Positions 28,570 through 38,737 of a stretch of 64,000 nt of DNA are shown piece by piece. The stretch's first letter is position 1. Every line of letters begins with the position of its first letter. This stretch comes from Nitrospirota bacterium. GTDB lineage: Bacteria; Nitrospirota; Thermodesulfovibrionia; Thermodesulfovibrionales; JdFR-86. Location of the stretch: the NCBI GenBank assembly GCA_963721805.1, contig CAVRJY010000001.1, positions 192,001 to 256,000 on the forward strand, read 5' to 3'. Position numbers and translations under genes: made by a program. A model generated the notes under the pieces. It was not told where the DNA came from and searched no databases. It was given only the letters and a program-made list of their open reading frames with translations.

Positions 28570-28767
28570 ATGCCTTTGACCTCGTGGGGCGCGGGGGGCG
28601 TCCTTCGTCCGTGCCCCCCGAAAGCGCGCCCAAATCGTATTCAGACAAGGGGCCGACTGGCCCTTTCTTCAGGAGAGGTGCCCGTGGCACCCCGATGGTG
28701 TACTGTGACGTACATAGAGGGCGAGTCTTCGATGCCCAACGACGTATCAAGCGATTTGGAGCGCTTT
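28570..28767 (-). repeat. GTAC-hairpin element, copy 5 (subtype B with mini-hairpin substitution)
   Basis: Matches copies 2 and 3 except at about 28650-28693. Confidence 0.9.
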
Positions 28768-28846
28768 GATCGAAAGGGACGCTTGCCAGATGAGGCCGCT
28801 TTAAGGTTAAATGGTGGTTCAATAAAACTAAAGGTAGGTGTCCCTA

Positions 28847-30532
28847 ATGGCTACAGTTGAGCCTAATAAGATTATTTATTCCATGGTGCGGGTCAGCAAG
28901 CTCTACGACCGCAAGCCCATAATCAAGGACATCTCGCTCTCGTATTTCTACGGTGCCAAGATCGGCGTGCTCGGGCTGAACGGCTCGGGCAAGAGCACGC
29001 TTCTGAAGATCATGGCCGGGGTCGAGAAGGAGTTTGAGGGCACCGCTGTGCTCTCGCCCGGATACACCGTCGGATACCTCGAGCAGGAGCCGCTCCTGAG
29101 CTCGGAGAAGACCGTGCGGCAGGTCGTTGAGGAGGGCGTGCAGGCCACGGTCGATCTCGTAAACGAGTTTAACCAGATAAACGAGAAATTCGCCGAGCCG
29201 ATGTCGGATGACGAGATGGAAAAGCTGTTAAAGAGGCAGGGCGAGGTGCAGGAGCAGCTCGACCACCTTGACGCGTGGGACCTCGACTCGCAGCTTGAGA
29301 TGGCGATGGACGCGCTCGGATGCCCGGACGGCGCGATGAACGTTAACGTCCTTAGCGGCGGCGAGCGCAGGCGCGTCGCGCTATGCAGGCTGCTGCTGCA
29401 GAAGCCCGACATACTGTTGCTGGACGAGCCCACCAACCACCTCGACGCCGAGACCGTGGCGTGGCTCGAGCACCACTTGAAGGCTTACGCCGGTACGGTC
29501 ATCGCGGTGACGCACGACCGCTACTTCCTCGATAACGTCGCGGGATGGATACTCGAGCTAGACCGCGGCGAGGGCATCCCGTGGAAGGGGAATTATTCCT
29601 CGTGGCTGGAGCAGAAAGAGGCCCGCCTCGCCAACGAGGAGAAGCAGGAATCGCAGCGGCGTAAGACTCTCGATAGGGAGCTTGAGTGGATACGGATGTC
29701 CCCCAAGGGCCGCCACGCAAAGGGCAAGGCCCGCATCAGCTCATACGAGGCCCTGCTCGGGCAGGAGGCGGAGAAGCGCGCCGAGGACCTTGAGATCTAC
29801 ATCCCTCCCGGCCCGAGGCTAGGGAAAACCGTAATAGACGCCGAGGGCGTCACGAAGTCATACGGCGAGAACATCCTTATGGAGAACGTATCGTTCATGC
29901 TCCCGCCGGGCGGCATAGTCGGCGTGATCGGCCCAAACGGCGCGGGCAAGACCACGCTATTTAGGATGATCACCGGGGCCGAGGAGCCGGACGCGGGCAC
30001 GCTCAAGGTCGGCGAGACCGTGACGCTCGCGTACGTGGACCAGAGCCGCGAGGGCCTGAGCGCGGACAAGAGCGTGTATGACGAGATCTCGGGCGGCTAT
30101 GACATGATAAAGATGGGCTCGCGCGAGATCAATGCGCGCTCCTATGTCGGGAAGTTCAACTTCTCGGGCACCTCGCAGCAGAAGAAGGTCGGGATGCTGT
30201 CGGGCGGCGAGCGCAACCGCGTGCACCTGGCGAAGCTGCTGAAGTCCGGGGCGAACGTCATATTGTTAGACGAGCCGACGAACGACCTCGACGTCAACAC
30301 CCTGCGCGCGCTCGAAGAGGCGCTCCTGAACTTCGGCGGCTGCGCGGTGGTGATCAGCCACGACCGCTGGTTTCTGGACCGCATCGCCACGCACATGCTG
30401 GCGTTCGAGGGCGATAGCAAGGTCGTATGGTTTGACGGGAACTACTCGGAGTACGAGGCCGACCTTAAGGCGCGGCTAGGCGTAAACGAGATCACGCCGC
30501 ACAGGATAAAATATCGTCACTTGACTAGGTAG
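28847..30532 (+). CDS. ettA: Energy-dependent translational throttle ABC-F ATPase
   Basis: SYFYGAKIGVLGLNGSGKS, two ABC domains and ELEWIRMSPKGRHAKGKAR linker. Confidence 0.96.
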   Translation: MATVEPNKIIYSMVRVSKLYDRKPIIKDISLSYFYGAKIGVLGLNGSGKSTLLKIMAGVEKEFEGTAVLSPGYTVGYLEQEPLLSSEKTVRQVVEEGVQATVDLVNEFNQINEKFAEPMSDDEMEKLLKRQGEVQEQLDHLDAWDLDSQLEMAMDALGCPDGAMNVNVLSGGERRRVALCRLLLQKPDILLLDEPTNHLDAETVAWLEHHLKAYAGTVIAVTHDRYFLDNVAGWILELDRGEGIPWKGNYSSWLEQKEARLANEEKQESQRRKTLDRELEWIRMSPKGRHAKGKARISSYEALLGQEAEKRAEDLEIYIPPGPRLGKTVIDAEGVTKSYGENILMENVSFMLPPGGIVGVIGPNGAGKTTLFRMITGAEEPDAGTLKVGETVTLAYVDQSREGLSADKSVYDEISGGYDMIKMGSREINARSYVGKFNFSGTSQQKKVGMLSGGERNRVHLAKLLKSGANVILLDEPTNDLDVNTLRALEEALLNFGGCAVVISHDRWFLDRIATHMLAFEGDSKVVWFDGNYSEYEADLKARLGVNEITPHRIKYRHLTR

Positions 30533-30537
30533 ATTTT

Positions 30538-30691
30538 AAAAGTCGCACTAAAGTCGCGTGATACTGCGTCAGGGCTTCGGAAATCCGTCCTCGGAGTACG
30601 TCACAGTACACCGTCGGACGTTTTCCTTGCCGACGCGATTTATCGCGCTTTAGCGCAGCTTGCGCTTAATCGTGCGAGCGGTTAACGGCAT
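30538..30691 (+). repeat. GTAC-hairpin element, copy 6 (subtype A, internal deletion)
   Basis: Homologous to 9473-9631. Starts 6 bp after the ettA stop. Confidence 0.9.
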
Positions 30692-30695
30692 TGAT

Positions 30696-31250
30696 TTAAT
30701 GCGCGGAGCGAATAGGTGAGCGCGGAGCGTGAATATTGAAGGGGCCAGCCGGCCCCTTAAGGGACGAGCGGGTCGGCCTCAGTCGGAGCGGGATATGTAC
30801 GCCTTTGCTCGCACTCCTCGCGCCACCGGGGAGGGTCTCCTGATGGAGCTCCATGGCCTCGACCGCACGCGCCGGGTTGACGCGCGCGAAGTATTTGAGC
30901 ACCTGCGCGCCGAGCTCGTGCGGGTTGATGGGCTTGATCAGGTATCCGCTGATGCCTATTTTTACGAAGTCCATCACGTCGTCGCTCTTTGACAGCGAGG
31001 TCAGGATGATGGCCGGGGTCGCGCGGTCGCCGAAGAACGTGCGGATCGTCTTGAGCGCGGCATAACCGGTCATGACCGGCATGATGCTGTCAAGCAGCAT
31101 GAGATCGGGCTTCTGCTCGCCGTAGGCCTCGAGGAGTTCCTTGCCGTTGGCGACGAACCGCTTCTCGAATACGTAGCCGCTGAGGAAGCAGTCGTAGGTA
31201 TCCTGGAGCGATTTTTCGTCCTCCGCTATCAGGATATGGATTTTTTCCAT
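30696..31250 (-). CDS. Response regulator (receiver domain)
   Basis: AEDE, LLDSIMPVMTG, ILTS and KP. The C-terminal ~40 aa run through hairpin DNA. Confidence 0.85.
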   Translation of the reverse strand: MEKIHILIAEDEKSLQDTYDCFLSGYVFEKRFVANGKELLEAYGEQKPDLMLLDSIMPVMTGYAALKTIRTFFGDRATPAIILTSLSKSDDVMDFVKIGISGYLIKPINPHELGAQVLKYFARVNPARAVEAMELHQETLPGGARSASKGVHIPLRLRPTRSSLKGPAGPFNIHAPRSPIRSAH

Positions 31251-31295
31251 GGCGGTCTCATTTTACATCAAACCGGCGTGAAAAATTAATATGAA

Positions 31296-31335
31296 CTGTG
31301 TAACGGGTTACCCAACGCTGTGTAGCGGGTTACAC
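31296..31335 (+). promoter_or_regulatory. Tandem candidate activator sites CTGTGTA(A/G)CGGGTTAC
   Basis: Two 16-mers 22 bp apart upstream of a sigma54 promoter. Confidence 0.6.
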
Positions 31336-31375
31336 ACTCCTGCTGACGCTCCCGCGTATATAAAGCGGATTTTTG

Positions 31376-31391
31376 TGGCACGCCGGTTGCT
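31376..31391 (+). promoter_or_regulatory. sigma54 promoter of the pilY1 cluster
   Basis: TGGCAC-GCCGG-TTGCT. Confidence 0.8.
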
Positions 31392-31493
31392 TCTATACTA
31401 TACTGTAGTGACCGGGGGGCGTTCGTGACCCGTGAAGATAGCGTGACTGACTAACCGGGCCGTAAAGGGCCCTCCAGAAGAAGGGGTGCGCAG

Positions 31494-34400
31494 ATGAGCA
31501 AGAGGGCAAGGAAGCGCGAGGGCGTGGCCGAGGTTCTGATACTGATACTGGCGCTGTTCACGGCGTTCCTGTTTCAGGGCGCCGCGCCGAAGCAGGCCTC
31601 GGCCGTCTATAACAGCAACGATTACTGCACCAACCCCGCGCTGATCGGCAGCGGCTCGGTGCCCCCGATGGTCATGCTCACGGTCGAGAAGGACCAGAAG
31701 CTCTGGAAGAAGGCGTACAGTGATTATTCGGACCTCGACGGCGACGGTCTGCCTGATATAACCTTTAAGCCCTCAATCGACTACTACGGGTATTTTGACC
31801 CCTACAAGTGCTACACCTATGACTCCACAAACACGACGTACAAACCCGTGCGCTCGACCTCAACCAAGATCTGCGGCGGCGGCGCGCGCAACGACGCTGC
31901 GCTGGGCGAGTGGTCCGGCAATTTCCTGAACTGGGCCACGATGACCCGGCTGGACGTCATGCGCAAGACCCTCTATGGCGGCTACCGCTTTAGCGAAGGC
32001 AACACCAGCGGGGCGATCCTGGAGCGCGCGTTCCTGCCTCAGGACTCCCACAGCTTCAACAAGGTATTCAACGACTGCCAGTACGACGTCAACTATAACG
32101 TCACGGGCAGCGGGATGCTGCATGACTACACCGCGTTTGACGCCAGCGCTGGCTCCGACGCCTATAACCCCAAAAACTGCTGGGACCCTGACAACACCCT
32201 CAACATGTGCAGCGCCACCATCGGCTCGTTAACGGCCCCGCCCTGGGTGCGCATCGCGCGCGGGGGCATACCAAACCCGGACGGGTATTACAATTCCCCC
32301 GGATTCTACGGCTTCCCGCGCTGGGCGACCTCCGAGCGCTGGCAGTGCGCGTATCAGGGTGAGGCCAACAAGCCCGCGGCGCCGAGCAACGTCATAAGGT
32401 CCACTTTTAATAGTACCCTTCACGATACTGCCTCCGGCGGCGACTGGGGGCCTTACGGCACTACTAACGCTTCTGACATTTCATATTCCACTTCCGACTA
32501 TGTCGGCTCCTCCGGCGCTTCGGTGGTCCTCAGCACGCCAAACGCGAACGACGACGCCCGGCTTGAGGAGACGGTCACTACTGTTGCCGGCCACTATTAT
32601 CAGCTCGAATACTATTACAAGAACGGGACGGCAGCCCATGCCGGTTATGCGGAAGCAAGAGACGATACAGGCTCCACCCCATGGATCTTCGGCGGGCATG
32701 ACTACAGCGATTTTTACTGGGACAACGCCGCGTGGACGTTCCACCAGCACAGGTTCAAGGCCATATCAAACAGCACGCGGATATACCTCGCGGTGCATAA
32801 CGTGACCAGTACCACCAACATCACCGGGATGTTCGACGAGGTCACGATGAGAGACATGGGCACGCTTGATACCAGCGGCCCTTATGGCACCAGTTCGCCG
32901 GAGGTCATAAACTGGCCGAACCCGGCAAGTTACGCATACTCGCCGCCCTCCCCATATGTCCCCCAGGGCAACAAGATCGGCGACTACACAGTCCACATAG
33001 CCGCGTGCCAGCCCGGAAACGGTTCTGATGGCAAGCCGCTGCTCGGCACGGAGCGCTGCAGGCTCTATCCCAAGGGCGACTATAAGCCCTCCGGCCTGCT
33101 GGAGTCTTATGGCGAGGACGGCACGATGCACTTCGGGCTCATAACCGGAAGCTACAAGCTGAACAAGTCCGGCGGCATTCTGCGCTCGAAGATTACCGAC
33201 ATGTACAGCAGCGGCGACATAAACCAGTCATATGGGACGTTTACGGGCACCAACACCGGCCTGATCACTACACTGGGCAACAAGGGCGGCGGCAACGGCA
33301 AACGAAGCGGAATCGACATCATAGGGTATAACTACTCCGACGCCACGGACCCGGGGACTTACAACAATACATTTTCCTGCAAATGGGGGCGTTCGGATTT
33401 CAACGACGGGCAGTGCGTCACGTGGGGCAACCCCCTTGGCGAGATGGAATACGAGGCCATGCGCTACTTCATGGGGATTTACCCCAACACCACTGACTAT
33501 TACACCTCCAGCAACCCGGATCTAGGCCTGCCCCTGCCCCAGGAGTCATGGAACAAGAACGTGGACCCATTCCAACAAAAATACTCGCAGCCCTGCGAGC
33601 AGGCGTTCAACCTCATCCTTAGCGAGCCTTACCCGAGCTACGACTCCGACCAGGTGCCGGGCGGGTACAGCGGTTTCGGGAACATCGCGGGCGACACCCC
33701 TGACTTTCTGAATAAGGGCGGCGCGTCCGGGTTCGCAAACATCATAGGCGGCAACGAGGGAATGTATAACGGCGGGACGTTCTTCGTGGGCGAATCAGGC
33801 TCATCGAACGACCGGCAGTGCACGGCCAAGACCATAACAAACCTGGCGCAGGTGCGCGGCCAGTGCCCCAACGACTCCGGCACCGAGGGCAGCTTCTACC
33901 TCCCGGCCGTGGCTTACTACGCGAACACAAACGACCTCAGGACAGGCTCCGTGGGCATCTCCAATCAGGACGGTTCGCAGAACATGGTCACGTACTCCGT
34001 GGCCCTCAGCAGCGGCCTGCCGCAGATAAGCCTGCTTACGAACAGCGTAACGATCGTGCCGTCATGCTTCGACTCGACCCTCCACTCCGGGCCTGGACGG
34101 CCCTGCACCATAGTGGACTTTCATATCAATTCATATAAGACTTGCGACCCTGCCCACGGGCTGACGTGGAACGGCACCGCCCCCAACCCTTATAACTACG
34201 CTAAATGGGGGAATTATCCGTACATGGGCGTAGCCTGCAAGGCGGGCGACGTCGAGGGCGACATACATATCTATTGGGAGGACTCGCAGCAGGGCGGTGA
34301 CTACGACCAGGACGCAGACGGCATCCTGCACTTCTATGCGGACGCCGCTGCCAAGACGGTCTGGACATACGTGGACGTGGAGGGCAACTCCACGCCGTAT

Positions 34401-37376
34401 AACCTCGATACAGGTTTCATCATAACCGGCACGACAGCGGACGGACAGTATATAACCAACACCTACGTAAACGATGGCAGCGGCCCTCCCCAAAAATGCG
34501 ACGTCACCACGAGCCCGACAGGCACAGGCTGCTCATGGCAGAACACGTTCACCCAGGGGACCGGCGGGGCCCAGACCCTGCACGACCCGATGTGGTACGC
34601 CGCGAAGTACGGCGGGTTTGTGGACCTCAACGGCAACGGCGTGCCGGATGAGGGCGAATGGGACACGAGGGTAAAGGGCACGCCGGATACGTATTTCCTC
34701 GTACAGAACCCCAACCAGCTCGAAAGCTCGCTGGTCGCCGCGTTTAACAGTATCCTTAACCGCGCATCTTCAGGCACTGCGGCATCGGTGCTCGCCTCGG
34801 GCGAGGGCTCGGGCGCAAACCTGCTGCAGGCCATTTACTTCCCGCGCCGCCGCTTCGCCTCGACCGAGATAAGCTGGTCCGGCGTGCTGCAGAACCTCTG
34901 GTATTACGTCGACCCCTACTTCAACACGAGCACCATCCGCGAGGACACCGATCAGAATATGAAGCTCAACCTCACGAAGGACTACATAATCACGATGTTC
35001 TTCAACAGCGACTCTAACAAGACCTACGCGCTCCGCGGCATAGACTCGCTGGGCGTCGGCAACATCGACTCCTACGCCCCGACCGTGGAGTTCACGAACA
35101 TCAAGTCGCTCTGGGAGGCGGGCAAGCTCCTGTGGATGCGCAACCTCGACACCGAGCCGCGCACTATCTGGACCTATGACGTGACCAACGGAACCGGCAG
35201 CCTGGCCAACCCAAGCGGCCTGATAGCCTTCGACAACTCCACCGCGTCCAAAAACCTCCTGAGCCCGTTCATCAACGCCCCGTCGTTCATAAACGGGACG
35301 TACGACACCACCGGCGACATCATCGACTGGACAAGGGGCTACCTCATCAGCACGGACTACCAGTCGCCAGGGACGCTCGACTGGCGCACCCGCACCGCCG
35401 ACATAGACCTCAACAGCAACGGCAACACGAACGACGACGTGCAGGTCATGCTCTTTAACAGCCCCGACGGCGGCACGCAGCTTACCACGACGGTCAACGA
35501 GGTCAACGAGTGGAAGCTCGGAGACATCATATCCTCGACGCCGAAGATACAGTCACGGTTCAAGATGCACAACTATGACTCGCTGTATGGGGACAAGACG
35601 TACGGCCAGTTCGTGCAGGATTCGTGCATAATAAACAGCGCGGCTTCCATCTGTCCGGTGGCATGCACTGGCGGGTGCCCCATATACGGGCCTGACGACC
35701 AGCGGCGGTACCTCAACCGCGGGACTGTCTTCACCGGGGCCAACGACGGGATGCTCCACGCCTTCAAGCTCGGCAAGCTCATGCTGGCCGGGGTGGACTA
35801 CACCGCCTCGGACCCCCACGAGGTCGCGGAACTCACCGTGCCGGCCTCGGAGATCGTCGCCGGGGACCTCGTGGCCAGCAAGTACCCGGGCAAGGAGCTC
35901 TGGGCCTACATCCCGCTTAACTCGCTGCCCTACCTGAGGCTCATGGCCGAGCCTACGTACTGCCACAACACGAACGTGGACCTCGCGCCGTACGTCTTTG
36001 ACGCGAGCATCATCGGAAACACTCCGGACAGCGCGCGTAATAATATGAGCTGGCGCACCATACTGATAGGGGGCTTCCGCCTGGGCGGGGCGTGCCGCGA
36101 CAACGGCGGCACCTGCGGCACCGGAGGCTGCGTGAAGGCGCCCCTTACGGCGACGGTCGACGGCGTCTCCGGCACCAGCGTCGGCTACTCGTCTTACTTC
36201 GCACTTGACGTGACCGACCCCTACAACCCGACCCTGATGTGGGAGTTCAAGGACCCCGCCCTGGGCTTCTCATCCTCAGGCCCTGCGATAGTGCGCATTG
36301 CCAGCTCGCCCACCGGCTCGCCGGACTCCACGAACGGCAACTGGTTTGTGGTCATCGGATCGGGCCCGACCGGGCCGATAGATACCACAAACCACCAGTT
36401 CATGGGCCAGTCGGACCAGCACATGCAGCTGTTCGTCCTGGACCTCAAGACGGGCGCGCTCCTGCGCACGATTGACACCAACATCGCCAATGCCTTCGCG
36501 AGCTCCATGGTCAACGTCACGATAGACCTGAACGTCAACTACTCCGACGACGTCCTGTACGTCGGTTACACCAAGGCGGTCACATCGGGCGGCGCGACCA
36601 CGTGGACCGACGGGGGCGTAGGCAGGCTCATCACCAACGAAGACTACCATCCCGCGAATTGGATATGGAGCACGGTCATCGACGGCACGGGCCCGGTGAC
36701 GGTCGCCCCGGCCAAGCTCCTCGATACGCGCAACAACAGGATGTGGCTGTATTTCGGCACCGGGAGGTTCTTCTTCAAGAACACGGCGACGGCGGACGAC
36801 CTGACCTCCCCGCGCAAGCTCTACGGGATCTCGGACCCGTGCCTGGTTAACTTTGCGTCCCTGACCGTTTCGGGCATCTGGAACTCGGTCTGCACGACAG
36901 ACACCGGCGGCCAGAGGGCAACCGCCCCTGCTACCGGGAGCCTGACTAACATGACGGACACCAACTCCCAGGCCACGCTCAATACAAACGGCTGGTACAT
37001 AAACCTCATGGCCAACTCCACGGGCGCGGAACGCGACATCACCGACCCGCTGGCCACGACGGCCGGGTTCGTCTACTTCACGACGTATATCCCGCAGACC
37101 TCGATGTGCAAGCTCGACGGCACGACATACCTCTGGGCCGTGAAGTACGACACCGGCGGCTTGCCTGCCGGGATCGCGGGCACCGCGATAATACAGGTCT
37201 CGACCGGAGCGATACAGCAGATGGACCTCTCAAAGACTTTTGTGGACAAGGGCGCGAGCAACAGCTACGGCCGAAGGTCCGGGGCGATGGTCGGCGCTCC
37301 GCCAAACGCGCAGGGCCTCTCGATACTCGGCTCGCCGCCGCCGGTGAAGCGCATCATTCACCAGATAGAGCGATGA
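31494..37376 (+). CDS. pilY1: Type IV pilus tip adhesin PilY1/PilC family
   Basis: WSGNFLNWATM, PMWYAAKYGGF, LGDIISSTP, GANDGMLHAF, ELWAYIP and YFGTGR. Precedes minor pilins. Confidence 0.92.
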   Translation: MSKRARKREGVAEVLILILALFTAFLFQGAAPKQASAVYNSNDYCTNPALIGSGSVPPMVMLTVEKDQKLWKKAYSDYSDLDGDGLPDITFKPSIDYYGYFDPYKCYTYDSTNTTYKPVRSTSTKICGGGARNDAALGEWSGNFLNWATMTRLDVMRKTLYGGYRFSEGNTSGAILERAFLPQDSHSFNKVFNDCQYDVNYNVTGSGMLHDYTAFDASAGSDAYNPKNCWDPDNTLNMCSATIGSLTAPPWVRIARGGIPNPDGYYNSPGFYGFPRWATSERWQCAYQGEANKPAAPSNVIRSTFNSTLHDTASGGDWGPYGTTNASDISYSTSDYVGSSGASVVLSTPNANDDARLEETVTTVAGHYYQLEYYYKNGTAAHAGYAEARDDTGSTPWIFGGHDYSDFYWDNAAWTFHQHRFKAISNSTRIYLAVHNVTSTTNITGMFDEVTMRDMGTLDTSGPYGTSSPEVINWPNPASYAYSPPSPYVPQGNKIGDYTVHIAACQPGNGSDGKPLLGTERCRLYPKGDYKPSGLLESYGEDGTMHFGLITGSYKLNKSGGILRSKITDMYSSGDINQSYGTFTGTNTGLITTLGNKGGGNGKRSGIDIIGYNYSDATDPGTYNNTFSCKWGRSDFNDGQCVTWGNPLGEMEYEAMRYFMGIYPNTTDYYTSSNPDLGLPLPQESWNKNVDPFQQKYSQPCEQAFNLILSEPYPSYDSDQVPGGYSGFGNIAGDTPDFLNKGGASGFANIIGGNEGMYNGGTFFVGESGSSNDRQCTAKTITNLAQVRGQCPNDSGTEGSFYLPAVAYYANTNDLRTGSVGISNQDGSQNMVTYSVALSSGLPQISLLTNSVTIVPSCFDSTLHSGPGRPCTIVDFHINSYKTCDPAHGLTWNGTAPNPYNYAKWGNYPYMGVACKAGDVEGDIHIYWEDSQQGGDYDQDADGILHFYADAAAKTVWTYVDVEGNSTPYNLDTGFIITGTTADGQYITNTYVNDGSGPPQKCDVTTSPTGTGCSWQNTFTQGTGGAQTLHDPMWYAAKYGGFVDLNGNGVPDEGEWDTRVKGTPDTYFLVQNPNQLESSLVAAFNSILNRASSGTAASVLASGEGSGANLLQAIYFPRRRFASTEISWSGVLQNLWYYVDPYFNTSTIREDTDQNMKLNLTKDYIITMFFNSDSNKTYALRGIDSLGVGNIDSYAPTVEFTNIKSLWEAGKLLWMRNLDTEPRTIWTYDVTNGTGSLANPSGLIAFDNSTASKNLLSPFINAPSFINGTYDTTGDIIDWTRGYLISTDYQSPGTLDWRTRTADIDLNSNGNTNDDVQVMLFNSPDGGTQLTTTVNEVNEWKLGDIISSTPKIQSRFKMHNYDSLYGDKTYGQFVQDSCIINSAASICPVACTGGCPIYGPDDQRRYLNRGTVFTGANDGMLHAFKLGKLMLAGVDYTASDPHEVAELTVPASEIVAGDLVASKYPGKELWAYIPLNSLPYLRLMAEPTYCHNTNVDLAPYVFDASIIGNTPDSARNNMSWRTILIGGFRLGGACRDNGGTCGTGGCVKAPLTATVDGVSGTSVGYSSYFALDVTDPYNPTLMWEFKDPALGFSSSGPAIVRIASSPTGSPDSTNGNWFVVIGSGPTGPIDTTNHQFMGQSDQHMQLFVLDLKTGALLRTIDTNIANAFASSMVNVTIDLNVNYSDDVLYVGYTKAVTSGGATTWTDGGVGRLITNEDYHPANWIWSTVIDGTGPVTVAPAKLLDTRNNRMWLYFGTGRFFFKNTATADDLTSPRKLYGISDPCLVNFASLTVSGIWNSVCTTDTGGQRATAPATGSLTNMTDTNSQATLNTNGWYINLMANSTGAERDITDPLATTAGFVYFTTYIPQTSMCKLDGTTYLWAVKYDTGGLPAGIAGTAIIQVSTGAIQQMDLSKTFVDKGASNSYGRRSGAMVGAPPNAQGLSILGSPPPVKRIIHQIER

Positions 37377-37476
37377 GCGGGTACGGTAAAAGCGATGAGC
37401 GGTTATTGTAAAACCGGCGGGCGCTCTAGGAATAGAGCGCCGGGCCGTGTATGATAATAGCGGTGGGGAGGACTGT

Positions 37477-38235
37477 ATGGGCATGAGAGCGCCGTGGCGC
37501 ACGCGTGAAGCGGTCAGGCATGCCCGCTGGGCAGGGCGCGGCAAGGCGGGCTTCACGCTCGTCGAGCTGATGATCGTGGTCTCGATCATCGGGCTGCTGC
37601 TCGTGATAGCGGCATGGAACTACGCGGGCTGGATCGGGCGCCACAGGGTCGAGTCCTTCACGCGCGACCTCCAGGCCGCGGTGATGGACGTCCGCATGTC
37701 CGCGGTCTCGGACTCGACCACCCACTGCTTCTTCCTGAACACGCCCGGCGCGCAGGCGAACCTCTATGCCACGTACTACGTCAACAGGGACACGAACAAC
37801 AACCTCATATGCAGCGGGACAGGCGCCGATGCGGGCGGGGCCGTGATCATGGCCGGTTTCCCCAAGAACGTCGTCCCCGGCACCGTAAGCACCCCCGCTA
37901 CCAAATACGTGCTCAACAACCTGGAGTTCAAGGCGGGCGGCGTGCCCGTGACCGAGGTCGACTTCAGCCCGCGCGGCATGCTCGTCGACACCGGCGGCAC
38001 GCTGATCACGGGCACGCAACTGCCGGACGGCACGTGGGTCCCCGGGATCATCCTCAAGGTGGACTACCCCGGCGAGTGCTGGTTCACCGGCGAGTGCGCT
38101 GACTCGACGACCGACCGCAAGGTATACCCGGATATCGACTGCGTGGTAATCACCCCCACGCAGGTAAACGTTGGGCTCGGCCGCATCAACCCGGCAAACA
38201 ACCTATGGGACGGACAACACTGCGATGTCAAATAA
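37477..38235 (+). CDS. FimU/FimT-like minor pilin
   Basis: GFTLVELMIV prepilin cleavage motif. Confidence 0.85.
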   Translation: MGMRAPWRTREAVRHARWAGRGKAGFTLVELMIVVSIIGLLLVIAAWNYAGWIGRHRVESFTRDLQAAVMDVRMSAVSDSTTHCFFLNTPGAQANLYATYYVNRDTNNNLICSGTGADAGGAVIMAGFPKNVVPGTVSTPATKYVLNNLEFKAGGVPVTEVDFSPRGMLVDTGGTLITGTQLPDGTWVPGIILKVDYPGECWFTGECADSTTDRKVYPDIDCVVITPTQVNVGLGRINPANNLWDGQHCDVK

Positions 38236-38737
38236 GATAGACCTTGTCGCTACCCGCGGAAGGCGGGGCATGACGCTCATCGAGGTCCTGATCTCGATGG
38301 TGATACTGCTGTTCGTGGCGCTCGCGCTGGTGCAGGTCGTAACCCTCACGCTCGACGTGAACATGAAGGCCGCCCTGCAGGACCAGGCCGTGCGCCTCGC
38401 CGGGGAGCGCATGAGCAACATGCGTAACATCTCGCTCTCAAACATAACGGCCCCAACCGCGTTCGCCACCCCCTCGGGGCAGCCGGTCGTCGAGACGGTG
38501 AGGAACTACAGGGTGAGTTATTACATAACCAACAATGTGGCGCCGAACCTCACCAACGGGCTGGTCGCGAACCCCCTGGGAGGCGCGGCCTCCGAAGCGA
38601 CCTCCGGGGAGGTATGGCTCATCAACACGCTGGTCGAGTGGCAGTGGAGGGGGCAGGGCAGCGGGGCGTGCAAGCATGCCGACCTGACAGGCGACCAGTG
38701 CTACTCCCACCTGCTGAGCGCCGTGAGGAGCCAGTAA
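38225..38737 (+). CDS. pilV: PilV-like minor pilin
   Basis: GMTLIEVLISMVIL and position in the cluster. Confidence 0.75.
   Translation: MSNKIDLVATRGRRGMTLIEVLISMVILLFVALALVQVVTLTLDVNMKAALQDQAVRLAGERMSNMRNISLSNITAPTAFATPSGQPVVETVRNYRVSYYITNNVAPNLTNGLVANPLGGAASEATSGEVWLINTLVEWQWRGQGSGACKHADLTGDQCYSHLLSAVRSQ

Larger units (their letters stand above)
28215..28767 (-). mobile_element. Composite non-coding element 2
   Basis: AT block, variable core, CGCGCGCGCACGCGCGCG, ATAACTA, then GTAC hairpin element. Mirrors 9473-9956. Confidence 0.55.

Noticed and set aside
30696..30820. C-terminal extension of the response regulator as a real domain
   Set aside because: It runs through mini-hairpin and repeat DNA, so it is probably read-through.
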